From: Massilibacteroides sp.
Lineage (GTDB): Bacteria > Bacteroidota > Bacteroidia > Bacteroidales > Tannerellaceae
Length of the DNA: 64,000 nucleotides
NCBI GenBank assembly: GCA_028708075.1
Contig: JAQVZS010000011.1
Coordinates: 6,199-70,198, forward strand
Direction of reading: 5' to 3'
The notes below the pieces were generated by a model that was not told the DNA's origin, searched no databases, and saw only the letters and a list, made by a program, of their open reading frames with translations. Shown piece by piece: positions 47,286-57,579 of the stretch. Both the position numbers and the translations under genes were made by a program. Positions within the stretch are counted from its first letter, which is position 1. Every line of letters begins with the position of its first letter.

Positions 47286-48182
47286 ATGGATGAAAATGTA
47301 TTTAATGTTGGTTTGGAAGAGATTTGGAAGAGAATTAAAACGGATACTCTTTCGCGTGATTTTGTCGTTTTCGACAATTTTGAGGAACAGATTGAAGTGT
47401 TCCAACTGTTTGAGACTTCTCGTTATCCGATGAAGATAAATCTGAATATGATCATTTTTTGTACGGAAGGGTTTTCCCGAATTAAAGCTGGTGTAAAAGA
47501 TTATCTCCTTTCTGAAAATAAATTTATCATCATTGTGACCGATCAGATTATTCAAATCATGGAAATTAGTCCCAACTTCAAAGCCGGATTTATTTTGTTG
47601 AAGGATGAATTCCTTTTGGAACAGGATGATATACGCAGTATTCTTTTTAATATCGGGAAGACATTGACCTGGCAATCCTGTTTTTCTTTGTCGAAAGATA
47701 TAATGGAAGAAGAACAGTTTCTTTTCAAAAGTATCCGACATACCATAAGGCAAAAAGAAAATAGATATAGAGGATTGATTGTGCATCATTATTTTCGGAT
47801 CATGTTGTATCATGTTTGCCACATTTTTGTTTCGGAACAAGAGAAGATCATGAAAATGAGCAATAGGCAGGATGAAATTTTTTATCATTTCATCAAAGAT
47901 GTTAGCACAGACTTTTACCAGCACCGAAAAATTCTTTATTATGCCGGAAAAGCTTCGTTGACGCCGAAATATTTTTCAAAGATAATTTGGACTGTGAGCG
48001 GGAAGAAAGCGGCCGATTGGATTAATGAATATGTTATTTTGGAAGCAAAAACATTATTGAAGAATACGACGATGACGATACAACAAATCGGCGATAAATT
48101 GAATTTTTCGAATCAATCGTATTTTAGTCGTTATTTCACTACGCATACAGGTATTTCTCCTCAAGAATATCGCCGGAAATGA
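47286..48182 (+). CDS. AraC family transcriptional regulator, divergent from the RND operon
   Basis: The start was moved to MDENVFNVGLEE (ATG 47286). The C-terminal double HTH is IQQIGDKLNFSNQSYFSRYFTTHTGISPQEYRR. Confidence 0.85.
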   Translation: MDENVFNVGLEEIWKRIKTDTLSRDFVVFDNFEEQIEVFQLFETSRYPMKINLNMIIFCTEGFSRIKAGVKDYLLSENKFIIIVTDQIIQIMEISPNFKAGFILLKDEFLLEQDDIRSILFNIGKTLTWQSCFSLSKDIMEEEQFLFKSIRHTIRQKENRYRGLIVHHYFRIMLYHVCHIFVSEQEKIMKMSNRQDEIFYHFIKDVSTDFYQHRKILYYAGKASLTPKYFSKIIWTVSGKKAADWINEYVILEAKTLLKNTTMTIQQIGDKLNFSNQSYFSRYFTTHTGISPQEYRRK

Positions 48183-48292
48183 ATTTGTGGTTGGTTAGAT
48201 AAATGCTCAGAGACGGTTTTTTTGAATCGTCTTGATCTTTCTTTTTTTTCTTTGGGATTATCTTTTTTCTCGATCGGTTTGATTGTTTTGTT

Positions 48293-48384
48293 GAACAGTT
48301 GTCGTAAAGTTTTTTGACAACTGTGGTAATTATTTTCCACAATTGTAGTAATTATTTACTACAACTGTGGAAATAATAATTCGT
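48293..48384. repeat. Copy 2 (inverted) of the ~92-bp element with four 22-bp-phased ACARYTGT boxes
   Basis: Cores lie at 48295-302, 48317-24, 48339-46 and 48361-68, with centre spacing of 22, 22 and 22 bp. The terminal 15-mer 48370-84 is the exact reverse complement of 21786-800. Confidence 0.8.
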
Positions 48385-48435
48385 AGTGAACGGAAAAAAC
48401 ATTTATCGGGAAGAAATTTTTTTTTGATAGAGATC

Positions 48436-48480
48436 AAAAAAGCGGTAAAACCCGATTGGTTCACCGCTTTCCTTTTTTTT
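48436..48480. terminator. Intrinsic terminator after secA (hairpin flanked by A-run and T-run, potentially bidirectional)
   Basis: Stem AAAGCGGT / ACCGCTTT (48439-46 and 48463-70). It is followed by T-runs on both strands and sits immediately 3' of the secA stop. Confidence 0.7.
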
Positions 48481-48482
48481 GT

Positions 48483-51400
48483 TTATAACCCTTTTCCGTG
48501 GCAATTCTTGTATTTCTTCCCGCTTCCACAAGGACATGGATCGTTACGTCCTACTTTCTTCTCCGCACGGATTGGTTCGTGCCGTTGTGGCTGTGTTTGA
48601 TTTGGCAGAGGAGGCATATTCGGATTTTCCGCGCTTTCGTTTCTACCCATACGATAGCGGCTTAAATCTTGTCTGCGTTCCGGTGCGGCCCGTCTAAGAG
48701 CGATACGCTGGCGTGCTTCCTGAGCTTCTGCCGATTCTTCACGAACCGGTATTTGTCCACGCATCAAAATGCTGGCTGTTTTTCGGTTCATTGTATCGAC
48801 CATCGCTTTAAATAAATTATAAGACTCCAGCTTGTAGATCAACAATGGATCCTTATTTTCATAACTGGCGTTTTGTACGGAATGACGCAGCTCGTCCATT
48901 TCGCGGAGGTGTTCTTTCCAGGCTTCATCAATTGTATGCAGTGTGATCGCTTTCTGAAAGGCTTTTGCTATCACTTTACTTTCTGTTTCATACGCTTCTT
49001 TTAAGTTACAGGAAATATTATACATTCGTTTGCCGTCCGTAATCGGGATCAGAATATTTTCGTATTGAGCGCCCTGATTTTCATAAACCTGTTTGATGAC
49101 CGGATGTGCCACTTGGGCAATACGTTCCATTCTGCGTTTAAACGTAAGAAGTACGCTATCGAATAATTTGTCAGACAGCTGATCTTGCCTTATGCTCTTG
49201 AATTCTTCATCTGAGAACGGACATTCCAAAGCGAACGTACGGAACAGTTCAAGTTTGAATCCTTCGAAATCGTTGTCTTGAGCGTGTTGTTCGGCGATAG
49301 TAATAGATGTGTCGTAAATTGTGTTCAACACGTCAAGCCCTATTCGTTCGCCCATCAATGCATGGCGTCTACGGGTATAGATAACCTTACGTTGTGAATT
49401 CATTACATCATCGTATTCCAACAACCGTTTACGAATCCCGAAGTTGTTTTCTTCAACTTTCTTTTGAGCACGTTCGACGGATTTGCTCAACATACTGTGT
49501 TCAAGTACCTCTCCTTCCTTAAATCCGAGTCGGTCCATCAAACCGGCTATTTTTTCGGAAGCGAACAAACGCATCAGGTCGTCCTCCAGTGAGACAAAGA
49601 ATACTGAAGAACCTGGGTCGCCCTGACGTCCGGAACGACCTCGTAACTGTCTGTCTACGCGGCGGCTTTCATGGCGTTCCGTACCAATAATTGCTAACCC
49701 ACCGGCAGCTTTTACTTCCGGCGATAATTTAATATCGGTACCACGACCGGCCATGTTGGTTGCGATGGTTACCGTTCCTTTCATACCCGCTTGTGCAACA
49801 ATTTCAGCTTCACGCTGGTGTAATTTTGCGTTCAATACGTTGTGCGGTATTTTCCGCAGGGTAAGCATTCTGCTTAGTAATTCCGATATTTCGACGGAAG
49901 TAGTACCCACAAGTATGGGTCGGCCGGCTTCGATCAACGAACTGATTTCTTCAATTACGGCCGAGTATTTCTCGCGTTTTGTCTTGTAAATACGGTCGTT
50001 CATGTCCTTGCGCACAATAGGACGGTTGGTCGGAATCACGACGACATCCAATTTATAGATATCCCAGAACTCACCCGCTTCTGTTTCCGCCGTACCAGTC
50101 ATCCCGGCCAGCTTGTGATACATACGGAAATAATTCTGCAAGGTGATGGTTGCGAATGTTTGCGTAGCCGCTTCCACCTTTACACCTTCCTTTGCTTCTA
50201 TCGCTTGGTGCAGTCCGTCCGAATAACGGCGTCCTTCCATGATGCGTCCGGTTTGTTCATCGACAATCATTACCTTGTTGTCGATAACGACATATTCGTC
50301 GTCTTTTTCAAATAAAGTATACGCTTTCAACAATTGATTGATCGTATGAACACGTTCGCTTTTTATCGAGTAATTGGCTAGTATTTCATCTTTCCGGGCC
50401 TGTCTTTCTTCTTCATTATTACCTTCTTTGTCCAATTGCGACAGTTCGGAAGTAATATCCGGAAGGACAAAGAATTGCGGATCGTCGCTTTTCCCTGTGA
50501 GTAAGTCTATACCCTTGTCAGTCAGCTCTATACTGTTATTTTTTTCGTCAATTACAAAATAAAGCTCATCTGTAACGATATGCATATTACGCATATTGTT
50601 TTCCATATAAAGCGTTTCAGTCTTAAGCATACCCGCTTTGATGCCCGGTTCACTTAAGAACTTAATTAGCGCTTTGTTTTTGGGAAACCCTTTAAAGGAA
50701 CGATAAAGTTGGAGGAATCCATCTTCCGCTACTTTTTCGTCCGGATTGGTTATTTTCTGTTTGGCTTCCGTCAATAATTTGGTGCAGAGGTTTTTTTGTG
50801 CGTTAACAACCACTTCTACATTCGGGCGGAACTGATCGAAAAGCTGTTCTTCGCCACGGGGGATAGGGCCGGAGATAATTAATGGCGTACGGGCGTCATC
50901 GATCAATACGGAGTCGACCTCATCGACGATGGCATAATTGTGTTTGCGCTGTACCAAATCGTTTGGACTGATCGCCATATTGTCTCGCAGGTAATCGAAC
51001 CCGAATTCATTATTCGTCCCAAAAGTGATATCGGCGTTGTAGGCTGCGCGGCGGGCATCCGAATTGGGTTGATGCTTGTCGATGCAGTCGACCGATAATC
51101 CGTGGAACATATACAACGGGCCCATCCATTCGGAGTCACGTTTAGACAGATAATCATTGACTGTTACGATGTGTACTCCATTACGAGTCAAGGCATTCAA
51201 GAATACGGGCAGAGTAGCGACCAAGGTTTTTCCTTCACCTGTGGCCATTTCCGCAATTTTTCCTTTATGTAATACGACCCCTCCGAATAATTGGACGTCG
51301 TAATGAATCATATCCCACGTGATTTCATTACCACCGGCCATCCAGTGATTTTGATAAATGGCTTTATCGCCTTCGATGTGGACAAAGTCATGCTTGGCCG

Positions 51401-51815
51401 CCAGATCGCGATCGAAATCGTTGGCTGTTACCACGATTTCTTCATTTTCAGTGAAACGGCGAGCCGTATCTTTGACAATCGCGAATACTTCCGGAAGAAC
51501 TTCTTCCAGAATGACTTCCATTTTTTCGGTGATGTTTTTTTCTATTTTATCGACTTCTGCCCAGATCGTTTCACGCTCTTCCAGTTCTTTATCATCTATA
51601 TCTTTACGCAGTTCGACAACTTTTGCGCGGTCGTCCGCCACATAATCCTGAATATGTTGTTTGATATCGTCGGTTTTTGCCCGTAATTCATCATTGGACA
51701 AAGTGGCGATAGACGGATATACGGCTTTGATCTTGTCGACGTATGGCTGTATTGTTTTCAGGTCACGTTGCGACTTGTTGCCGAATAACTTCGTCATGAA
51801 TTCGTTAAATCCCAT
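48483..51815 (-). CDS. secA: Preprotein translocase ATPase SecA
   Basis: 1110 aa with [33 protein letters not shown], and the C-terminal zinc motif [14 protein letters not shown]. Confidence 0.97.
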   Translation of the reverse strand: MGFNEFMTKLFGNKSQRDLKTIQPYVDKIKAVYPSIATLSNDELRAKTDDIKQHIQDYVADDRAKVVELRKDIDDKELEERETIWAEVDKIEKNITEKMEVILEEVLPEVFAIVKDTARRFTENEEIVVTANDFDRDLAAKHDFVHIEGDKAIYQNHWMAGGNEITWDMIHYDVQLFGGVVLHKGKIAEMATGEGKTLVATLPVFLNALTRNGVHIVTVNDYLSKRDSEWMGPLYMFHGLSVDCIDKHQPNSDARRAAYNADITFGTNNEFGFDYLRDNMAISPNDLVQRKHNYAIVDEVDSVLIDDARTPLIISGPIPRGEEQLFDQFRPNVEVVVNAQKNLCTKLLTEAKQKITNPDEKVAEDGFLQLYRSFKGFPKNKALIKFLSEPGIKAGMLKTETLYMENNMRNMHIVTDELYFVIDEKNNSIELTDKGIDLLTGKSDDPQFFVLPDITSELSQLDKEGNNEEERQARKDEILANYSIKSERVHTINQLLKAYTLFEKDDEYVVIDNKVMIVDEQTGRIMEGRRYSDGLHQAIEAKEGVKVEAATQTFATITLQNYFRMYHKLAGMTGTAETEAGEFWDIYKLDVVVIPTNRPIVRKDMNDRIYKTKREKYSAVIEEISSLIEAGRPILVGTTSVEISELLSRMLTLRKIPHNVLNAKLHQREAEIVAQAGMKGTVTIATNMAGRGTDIKLSPEVKAAGGLAIIGTERHESRRVDRQLRGRSGRQGDPGSSVFFVSLEDDLMRLFASEKIAGLMDRLGFKEGEVLEHSMLSKSVERAQKKVEENNFGIRKRLLEYDDVMNSQRKVIYTRRRHALMGERIGLDVLNTIYDTSITIAEQHAQDNDFEGFKLELFRTFALECPFSDEEFKSIRQDQLSDKLFDSVLLTFKRRMERIAQVAHPVIKQVYENQGAQYENILIPITDGKRMYNISCNLKEAYETESKVIAKAFQKAITLHTIDEAWKEHLREMDELRHSVQNASYENKDPLLIYKLESYNLFKAMVDTMNRKTASILMRGQIPVREESAEAQEARQRIALRRAAPERRQDLSRYRMGRNESAENPNMPPLPNQTQPQRHEPIRAEKKVGRNDPCPCGSGKKYKNCHGKGL

Positions 51816-51843
51816 AGTATGTTTTCTATTATTTTTCGTGTTA

Positions 51844-53427
51844 TTATTTTTTACTAAACTCAGAAAGCGGTAAATCCTGACTTGCGTTCGGTGGCCTGAT
51901 CCGGAGTACGTGGGTAACGGTAGGGGCCACTTCCGTCGCTTTAATTTCTCGATAGATGTGTTCCGGCTTGATTCCGTTGCCTAAAAATATAAGCGGCGTA
52001 ATGACCGCGTTATTGCGGACAACTTTTGGTTTTTCTTTATTATTGTCTTTGTTGATGAGCCATCCCGGCTGAAGTTCGATAACAAGATCTCCCCGTCCTA
52101 AATGATGCGTTCCCTGGCGGAGAGGGGAAGTCCCTTCGTTCCAGTCGCCTGTACGTAAGGCAAAGTCGGTCGTTACGTTTTGTACGCCACTGAATTCTCG
52201 AACGAATTCTGCGGCTTTCATCTGCATCTCCGGGAGACTTATTTTTGCGTCTTCTATACCTTTCCGGTTTAAGTAAATCTGGTTGTTGTAGTATCCTGTC
52301 ACCCAGTTTGTCTGACCGTAAATAGCCATTAGATACATATTCAGGAGGGCGATACAGCGTTTCGGATGGAATTCACCGCCTCCGAGCGGCATCCCTTCCG
52401 GATAATCTTCTATACTTTTGTAATATCCGCTTCCGGTAAAGACAATCAACGTATTTGTCAGTCCTACTTTTTTGTCGATCGTCTGTAATAGCTGTTCGAT
52501 GTCTTTATCCAGCTGGTAATACGTATCCTGTATCTCACGGGTGTATTCTTTATTCATTATCCCGCGATAATTGCCTGCGTAATAGGTGATCGCAAGCATA
52601 TCCGGGCAGGATCGTGTGCCGAAAGCGCCGTATTCCAAGAATTGTATCGCCAGACGGTTGATTTCTTTATTAATAAACGGAGAAGTTTTCAAGTTCAGAT
52701 ACGCCGTTCCGCTTTTTTCACTGAATGTATATTTAAAGGGAATATCTTCCAATATATAAGGAAACGCGTTTAGTTTGTCAAGGGGCAGAGATGGGGTCCA
52801 TACCATTTTTTCGAGTCGCGAAGTCAGCGATTCGGGGCCACTGTTATAACGGTCTACATACCACGGAATTCCTTTAAAATAGGTGGTAGTTGCCCATTTA
52901 CCATTATAATCATCCATCCAAAACGCGCCGTTGGCCGCATGACCGGCAGAGAGAATGGCACTTTCCGGATCCGGAGCAATTGCGTAAACATCGCTTCTTC
53001 CTTTGGAGGCAATCTTGAGTTCGTCTCCGATTGTAGAAGCTAATAATGCTTTAGGTGAATAATTTTCTTGCGTATAATTCCCCAGATAATTCGGATCATT
53101 CAGGATGGAGACCTCCAATCCTTTGTTGAAATCAAACTTTTTAATTGATGGGATACCATGATAACACGGGTTGCTTCCCGTGAATAATGTAGCAAAAGCA
53201 CTTGCCTGATCTACATTCGAAAATTCGAAACGAATGTTTTTATACGAACGACCCTCGTTCAACAACCGTTTAAAACCGCCTTCTCCGAAAGAATTATAGA
53301 AATAATCTATATAGTCTCCCCGCAATTGATCCACCGTGATGCAAACGACAAGTTTGGGCGCTTGTTGTTGTGCTTCCAAATTGGTTACCGCCAAAATAGC
53401 GATTAGCGAGGTAATTAATCGTCTCAT
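51844..53427 (-). CDS. Alkaline phosphatase superfamily protein (phosphodiesterase/nucleotide pyrophosphatase-like), secreted
   Basis: 527 aa with a signal peptide, [12 protein letters not shown] and [14 protein letters not shown]. Its stop lies 28 bp upstream of the secA start. Confidence 0.75.
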   Translation of the reverse strand: MRRLITSLIAILAVTNLEAQQQAPKLVVCITVDQLRGDYIDYFYNSFGEGGFKRLLNEGRSYKNIRFEFSNVDQASAFATLFTGSNPCYHGIPSIKKFDFNKGLEVSILNDPNYLGNYTQENYSPKALLASTIGDELKIASKGRSDVYAIAPDPESAILSAGHAANGAFWMDDYNGKWATTTYFKGIPWYVDRYNSGPESLTSRLEKMVWTPSLPLDKLNAFPYILEDIPFKYTFSEKSGTAYLNLKTSPFINKEINRLAIQFLEYGAFGTRSCPDMLAITYYAGNYRGIMNKEYTREIQDTYYQLDKDIEQLLQTIDKKVGLTNTLIVFTGSGYYKSIEDYPEGMPLGGGEFHPKRCIALLNMYLMAIYGQTNWVTGYYNNQIYLNRKGIEDAKISLPEMQMKAAEFVREFSGVQNVTTDFALRTGDWNEGTSPLRQGTHHLGRGDLVIELQPGWLINKDNNKEKPKVVRNNAVITPLIFLGNGIKPEHIYREIKATEVAPTVTHVLRIRPPNASQDLPLSEFSKK

Positions 53428-54641
53428 TCTTTGCCTTTTTTAGATCTGTAAACCGTGAATGCTGACCTTGTCCAAAGGATAAGGATCAACGGAATGAACG
53501 CTCTATTCATGTGTTGAGGGAGGAAATACCATCCAACCAACAGAAATGTAAGCGCCACAAAGTTAATAAAATGATAGCAATTCGCTGCCTTCTGGAATTT
53601 TTTTACTGTAATTAGTACTGCACCGACGAGATGAAGCGGGTGCAACCAGACAAGCGACCAGTTCGGAAATACTGAAGGATGAATTGATAGGCAACTGATA
53701 AAAAACAGGACGCATCCGGCGATTCCCGCAATACTGAAAAGTACACTATCGAGCAACTTTACGTATTTCTTTTTCCGGAATTCCCAGACTGTAGTAAAGA
53801 GAATAAGCGTAAAAAGAACCCAAAAGGCAAGGTTAGGCGTAATCTTTTCTGAAGGATAGTTATTTATTTCCGGATCGAATGGGGCTAATGGAATTACTTT
53901 TTTGAGTAATGCACGTGTATGCCCCGTATTTTCTTTTATCTGAGCGGTTCGGAATGCCGATTCGAGCTGTTCCGGCAAAAACATTTTCTCGTGTGGGGTG
54001 GCAATTCGGTCAGTGGGGCTGCCTAAGGCCAGATCACATCCGAATGTGAGCCAGTTGTGCTCGCGTGTGCAATAATTGATTAGGTCACGAAACGTTTGTT
54101 CCGGTTGCCGGGTATCGTAAACCACTTTCCCATTTATATTTTGTTCAACTAACGTAACAAGTCGCGTTGCGCAATTATCAAAAAAGAAATTGTATCGGTA
54201 TACTCTGTTTTGCGGCAGATAATTAATCAGTAAAGCATCCCATATCCGGTTTTTTTCGTTATTGGTCAGATTCAGCACTAATTCATTAACAGAACTTCCC
54301 CGCATTTGGTATTCGATCATATAATTGAAAAAATCGGTGGCACCTAGTTTATAATCGGTTTCTCCTTTTGCAAAACGGTAAATAAAATTGGCCGCGGAAA
54401 AATCAAAAATCCCGTAATTGAATATAATATCGATTGTTTGTCCCGGATCGTGGATTCGTATGGCGGCATGACCATATAGCGTAAAAGAAGCATCATGAGA
54501 AGGGCCACATATGAGTAGGCTGATTTCTGCCTCATCGCTTAGTATTACCTTTTTTTGAGCTGTAACCGGAATGGAGGTTAGCACTAAGAAACCTGGGAGG
54601 AACAGTAGTAAAAAGAAATTTTGGATAAAAAGTCTTCTCAT
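53424..54641 (-). CDS. DUF4105 / Lnb-like protein (periplasmic domain plus C-terminal TM bundle)
   Basis: 405 aa with a signal/anchor, LYGHAAIRI near the N-terminus and about 4-5 C-terminal TM helices. It has an ATGA overlap with the downstream AP-family gene. Confidence 0.7.
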   Translation of the reverse strand: MRRLFIQNFFLLLFLPGFLVLTSIPVTAQKKVILSDEAEISLLICGPSHDASFTLYGHAAIRIHDPGQTIDIIFNYGIFDFSAANFIYRFAKGETDYKLGATDFFNYMIEYQMRGSSVNELVLNLTNNEKNRIWDALLINYLPQNRVYRYNFFFDNCATRLVTLVEQNINGKVVYDTRQPEQTFRDLINYCTREHNWLTFGCDLALGSPTDRIATPHEKMFLPEQLESAFRTAQIKENTGHTRALLKKVIPLAPFDPEINNYPSEKITPNLAFWVLFTLILFTTVWEFRKKKYVKLLDSVLFSIAGIAGCVLFFISCLSIHPSVFPNWSLVWLHPLHLVGAVLITVKKFQKAANCYHFINFVALTFLLVGWYFLPQHMNRAFIPLILILWTRSAFTVYRSKKGKE

Positions 54642-54663
54642 GTCTACAAAAAATTGTTGTTTG

Positions 54664-54671
54664 CAAAAATA
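54664..54671 (-). promoter_or_regulatory. Putative -7 promoter box (TATTTTTG) for the DUF4105-AP-secA string
   Basis: TAnnTTTG match on the minus strand, 22 bp upstream of the ATG at 54641. Confidence 0.35.
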
Positions 54672-54778
54672 GTTAAGTTTTAGGAATCAGTCTTATTTTA
54701 TCTGTGATTTCCTCGGAAGGTATTCGTCTAAATTTCCTATATTTCCCGGTTTCCGAGTGAAAAAACAGGAAGGAAAAC

Positions 54779-54815
54779 AAAAGCGGTTGTTCTGTTTTTT
54801 GGAGCAACCGCTTTT
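54779..54815 (-). terminator. Intrinsic terminator after the GH3 gene
   Basis: 11-bp stem AAAAGCGGTTG / CAACCGCTTTT, followed on the minus strand by the T-rich tract TTTTGTTTT. Confidence 0.7.
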
Positions 54816-54824
54816 CCTGTTGAT

Positions 54825-57434
54825 TTATTCGATAGTTACATCAATCGATTTTAGATCTTTATCCATAGATGAACTCCCGTAAAGGATTTTATATGTTCCC
54901 GGACGGGTTTCAAAGGTCTGAGTTTCGTCATTAAACGAATAAAATGCATTTTTATCTAACAACAAACTTACCGTTTGTGTCGTCCCGACTTTTACCGGTA
55001 CGCGTTTAAATGCGCGAAGTGTTTTTATCGGAGCTTTCGGATCGTTCGAGTTCTTGATGTAAAGTTGAGCTACTTCGTCTCCATCGTATTTTCCTGTGTT
55101 ACTGATTTCGAATGTGATTGTAACTCCTTCTTCTGTGTTCAACGTATTTTTTGACAACTTGGCATCGGAGTAGCGGAACGTGGTGTAACTGAGCCCGTAG
55201 CCAAAAGGATAAAGGGGTGTTTCAGTCATATAGCGGTACGTACGTCCTTTCATGTTGTAGTCTTCGAAATCCGGCAGTTGGTCGGCTGATTTATAAAATG
55301 TGACGGGTAGGCGTCCGGCAGGATTGTAATCGCCGAACAAAACATCTGCAACAGCCGTACCACCTTCCTGTCCGCCGTACCAGGCATTCAGGATCGCGTC
55401 AAGGTGCTGGTCTTCCCAGGTTAAGGCTAATGCACTCCCGGTGCAGACAATATATACGATTGGTTTCCCTGTTGCCTTCAATGCCTGAACCAATTCACGC
55501 TGGACTTTAGGAATTTCGATATTCGTGCGGTCGCCTTTTCTGAAACCATCGGCGTCTACAGGCATTTCTTCTCCCTCAAGCCGGGGGGATATACCACCCG
55601 CGAAGATAATCACATCAGCCTCTTTTACGCGATCGGCTGTTTGCTGATGGTTGACCGTTTCTCGAACTCCGAAATCGACGTTTATCTCTGCATTCCCTAA
55701 GCGTTGCATGTACTCAATGGCAATTGGATATTTTTTCCCTTGTTCAGCTTTCAACGTATATTTTCGTCCATTTGTGTATTCGCTTTCCCACATTTCAGTC
55801 ACTTTTTCTCCATTGATCAATAGCCGGAACGCGTCATTTCCGGTGAGTTGAAAATCTACATTCCCAGTAATTGGAGATTCAAAAACACCCGTAAAACGCG
55901 CGGAAAAATTGGTCAGGTTTACATTCGGAGCAAACTGCGTGTTCCCACCTGATGTATAATGAATGCTTTGAACCAATCCCTGATAGACAGGTGTCCCTTC
56001 AAAATCACAGTTGTTAAAAAACTCTGCGGTAAAACCTTGTCCTATCGATGAAGAAATGTAGGGCGCAAAATCTTTTAATATCGTATTGCCGGTATGATCA
56101 CAACCGTATTCATAGATTATTTCAGCTTGAGGAACTTTTTTGCGAATGCCTTCCAGCAATGTTACCGTATGGGTGGGAAATCCGTTATAATTTGCCCATA
56201 ACATGGTGGAGTCTGCAGCGTTAGGCCCGACAATGGCTATTTTTTTAGTGTTTTTGCTTAAAGGCAGCAGGTTGTTTTTATTCTTTAGCAAAACAATGCT
56301 TTTCCGAGCCATTTCTAAAGCCTGATCGATATGCTTGGGACTTTCCACTATACTGTAAGGAATTTTGGAAAAAGGAACACGTTCATCGGGATCGAACATT
56401 CCTAATTCTATCCGTGCGCGGAATAACCTGCGTAGCGAAACATCTAAATCTTTTTCTGTGATGTTCCCGTTTTCGAGCGCTTTTTTTAAAGCCCGGTAAC
56501 TCCCTCCGCATTCCAGGTCTGTGCCGTTTAACACAGCATCTACAGATGCGCTGACTGCGTCAACATGCGTTTCGTGGCGAGGCGTGTTCTTATCTCTTTG
56601 CCAGAAATCATCGATTGCTCCGCAGTCGGATAAAATAATATTATCGTATCCCCAGTCGTTTCGCAGAATCTGAACTAAAAGTTTGTCGCTTGAACAACAA
56701 GGTGTACCTTCGAAACGATTATAGGCGCACATCACTTCCTGTACATTGCCCTCTTTGACCAATGCTTCAAATGCAGGGAGATAAGTTTCCCAAAGATCGC
56801 GGGGCGTTACGACTGCATTATATTCGTGCCGATTCCATTCCGGACCGCTATGTACGGCATAATGTTTCGCACAAGCATGCGTTTTGAAATAGTCCGGATT
56901 GTCACCTTGTAGTCCTTTAACAACAGCTATGCCCATACGCGTAGTTAAATAAGGATCTTCGCCGTAGGTTTCCATTCCTCGTCCCCATCTTGGATCCCGG
57001 AATATATTAATATTAGGGGTCCAGAACGTTAATCCTTTATATCGGTCATATTCGCCGTTTTTTTGAAATTGATGATATTTTGCACGTGCCTCATCACTGA
57101 CCATGGTAAATGTTTGTAGCAGAGCTTCGTCGTCGAAAGTGGCTGCCATACCGATTGCCTGAGGAAAGACGGTGGCCCTTCCGGCTCTGGCTATCCCGTG
57201 AAGTGCTTCGTTCCACCAGTCGTATTCCGGGATACCCAAGCGCTCGATTGCCGGCGTTCTGTTCATCATTTGCCCGATCTTCTCTTCGGGAGTAAGCAGA
57301 CTTAAAAGATTATCTACTCGTTCTTCGATGGGAAGGTCGGGATTTTGGAAAGGATATTCATGTTGTTTCTTTGTGCACGATGTTACACTCAATAACGCCA
57401 CTGCGGCGTAAACGGTCAGTTGTCTCATTCTCAT
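54825..57434 (-). CDS. Glycoside hydrolase family 3 (beta-glucosidase/xylosidase type) with PA14 insertion, lipoprotein
   Basis: 869 aa with lipobox LLSVTSC, GH3 motifs KHYAVHS and IILSDCGAI, and an internal PA14-like segment (GFTAEFFNNCDFEGTPVY). Confidence 0.9.
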   Translation of the reverse strand: MRMRQLTVYAAVALLSVTSCTKKQHEYPFQNPDLPIEERVDNLLSLLTPEEKIGQMMNRTPAIERLGIPEYDWWNEALHGIARAGRATVFPQAIGMAATFDDEALLQTFTMVSDEARAKYHQFQKNGEYDRYKGLTFWTPNINIFRDPRWGRGMETYGEDPYLTTRMGIAVVKGLQGDNPDYFKTHACAKHYAVHSGPEWNRHEYNAVVTPRDLWETYLPAFEALVKEGNVQEVMCAYNRFEGTPCCSSDKLLVQILRNDWGYDNIILSDCGAIDDFWQRDKNTPRHETHVDAVSASVDAVLNGTDLECGGSYRALKKALENGNITEKDLDVSLRRLFRARIELGMFDPDERVPFSKIPYSIVESPKHIDQALEMARKSIVLLKNKNNLLPLSKNTKKIAIVGPNAADSTMLWANYNGFPTHTVTLLEGIRKKVPQAEIIYEYGCDHTGNTILKDFAPYISSSIGQGFTAEFFNNCDFEGTPVYQGLVQSIHYTSGGNTQFAPNVNLTNFSARFTGVFESPITGNVDFQLTGNDAFRLLINGEKVTEMWESEYTNGRKYTLKAEQGKKYPIAIEYMQRLGNAEINVDFGVRETVNHQQTADRVKEADVIIFAGGISPRLEGEEMPVDADGFRKGDRTNIEIPKVQRELVQALKATGKPIVYIVCTGSALALTWEDQHLDAILNAWYGGQEGGTAVADVLFGDYNPAGRLPVTFYKSADQLPDFEDYNMKGRTYRYMTETPLYPFGYGLSYTTFRYSDAKLSKNTLNTEEGVTITFEISNTGKYDGDEVAQLYIKNSNDPKAPIKTLRAFKRVPVKVGTTQTVSLLLDKNAFYSFNDETQTFETRPGTYKILYGSSSMDKDLKSIDVTIE

Positions 57435-57579
57435 GTTATTCTATTTAAGATATTGTTTACGTTACAATATATTGTTTTGTAATTTATTTGTTCTTAATTG
57501 TTTAAGATAATAACTGAGAGACAAAACTAACTCATTGAATGCATTTATTCAAACATAATCCTTTCTTTTTATGCGTATT

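Noticed and set aside
47244-47924. A long antisense ORF (226 aa) lies opposite the AraC regulator gene. Similar antisense ORFs occur at 57656-58234 (192 aa), 44761-45216 (151 aa), 22973-23419 (148 aa), 24528-24938 (136 aa) and 10670-11077 (135 aa).
   Set aside because: Each lies fully inside a confidently identified gene on the other strand and has low-complexity or composition-driven sequence without recognisable motifs. They are most likely chance open frames.
48331-48372. DnaA-box-like strings inside the arrays (TTTTCCACA, TGTGGAAAT) suggested a replication origin.
   Set aside because: The matches are partial and are really half of the ACAATTGT dyads. There are two copies 26 kb apart. No dnaA, dnaN or other origin-linked genes and no obvious AT-rich unwinding element adjoin them. 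An origin cannot be supported from this window.
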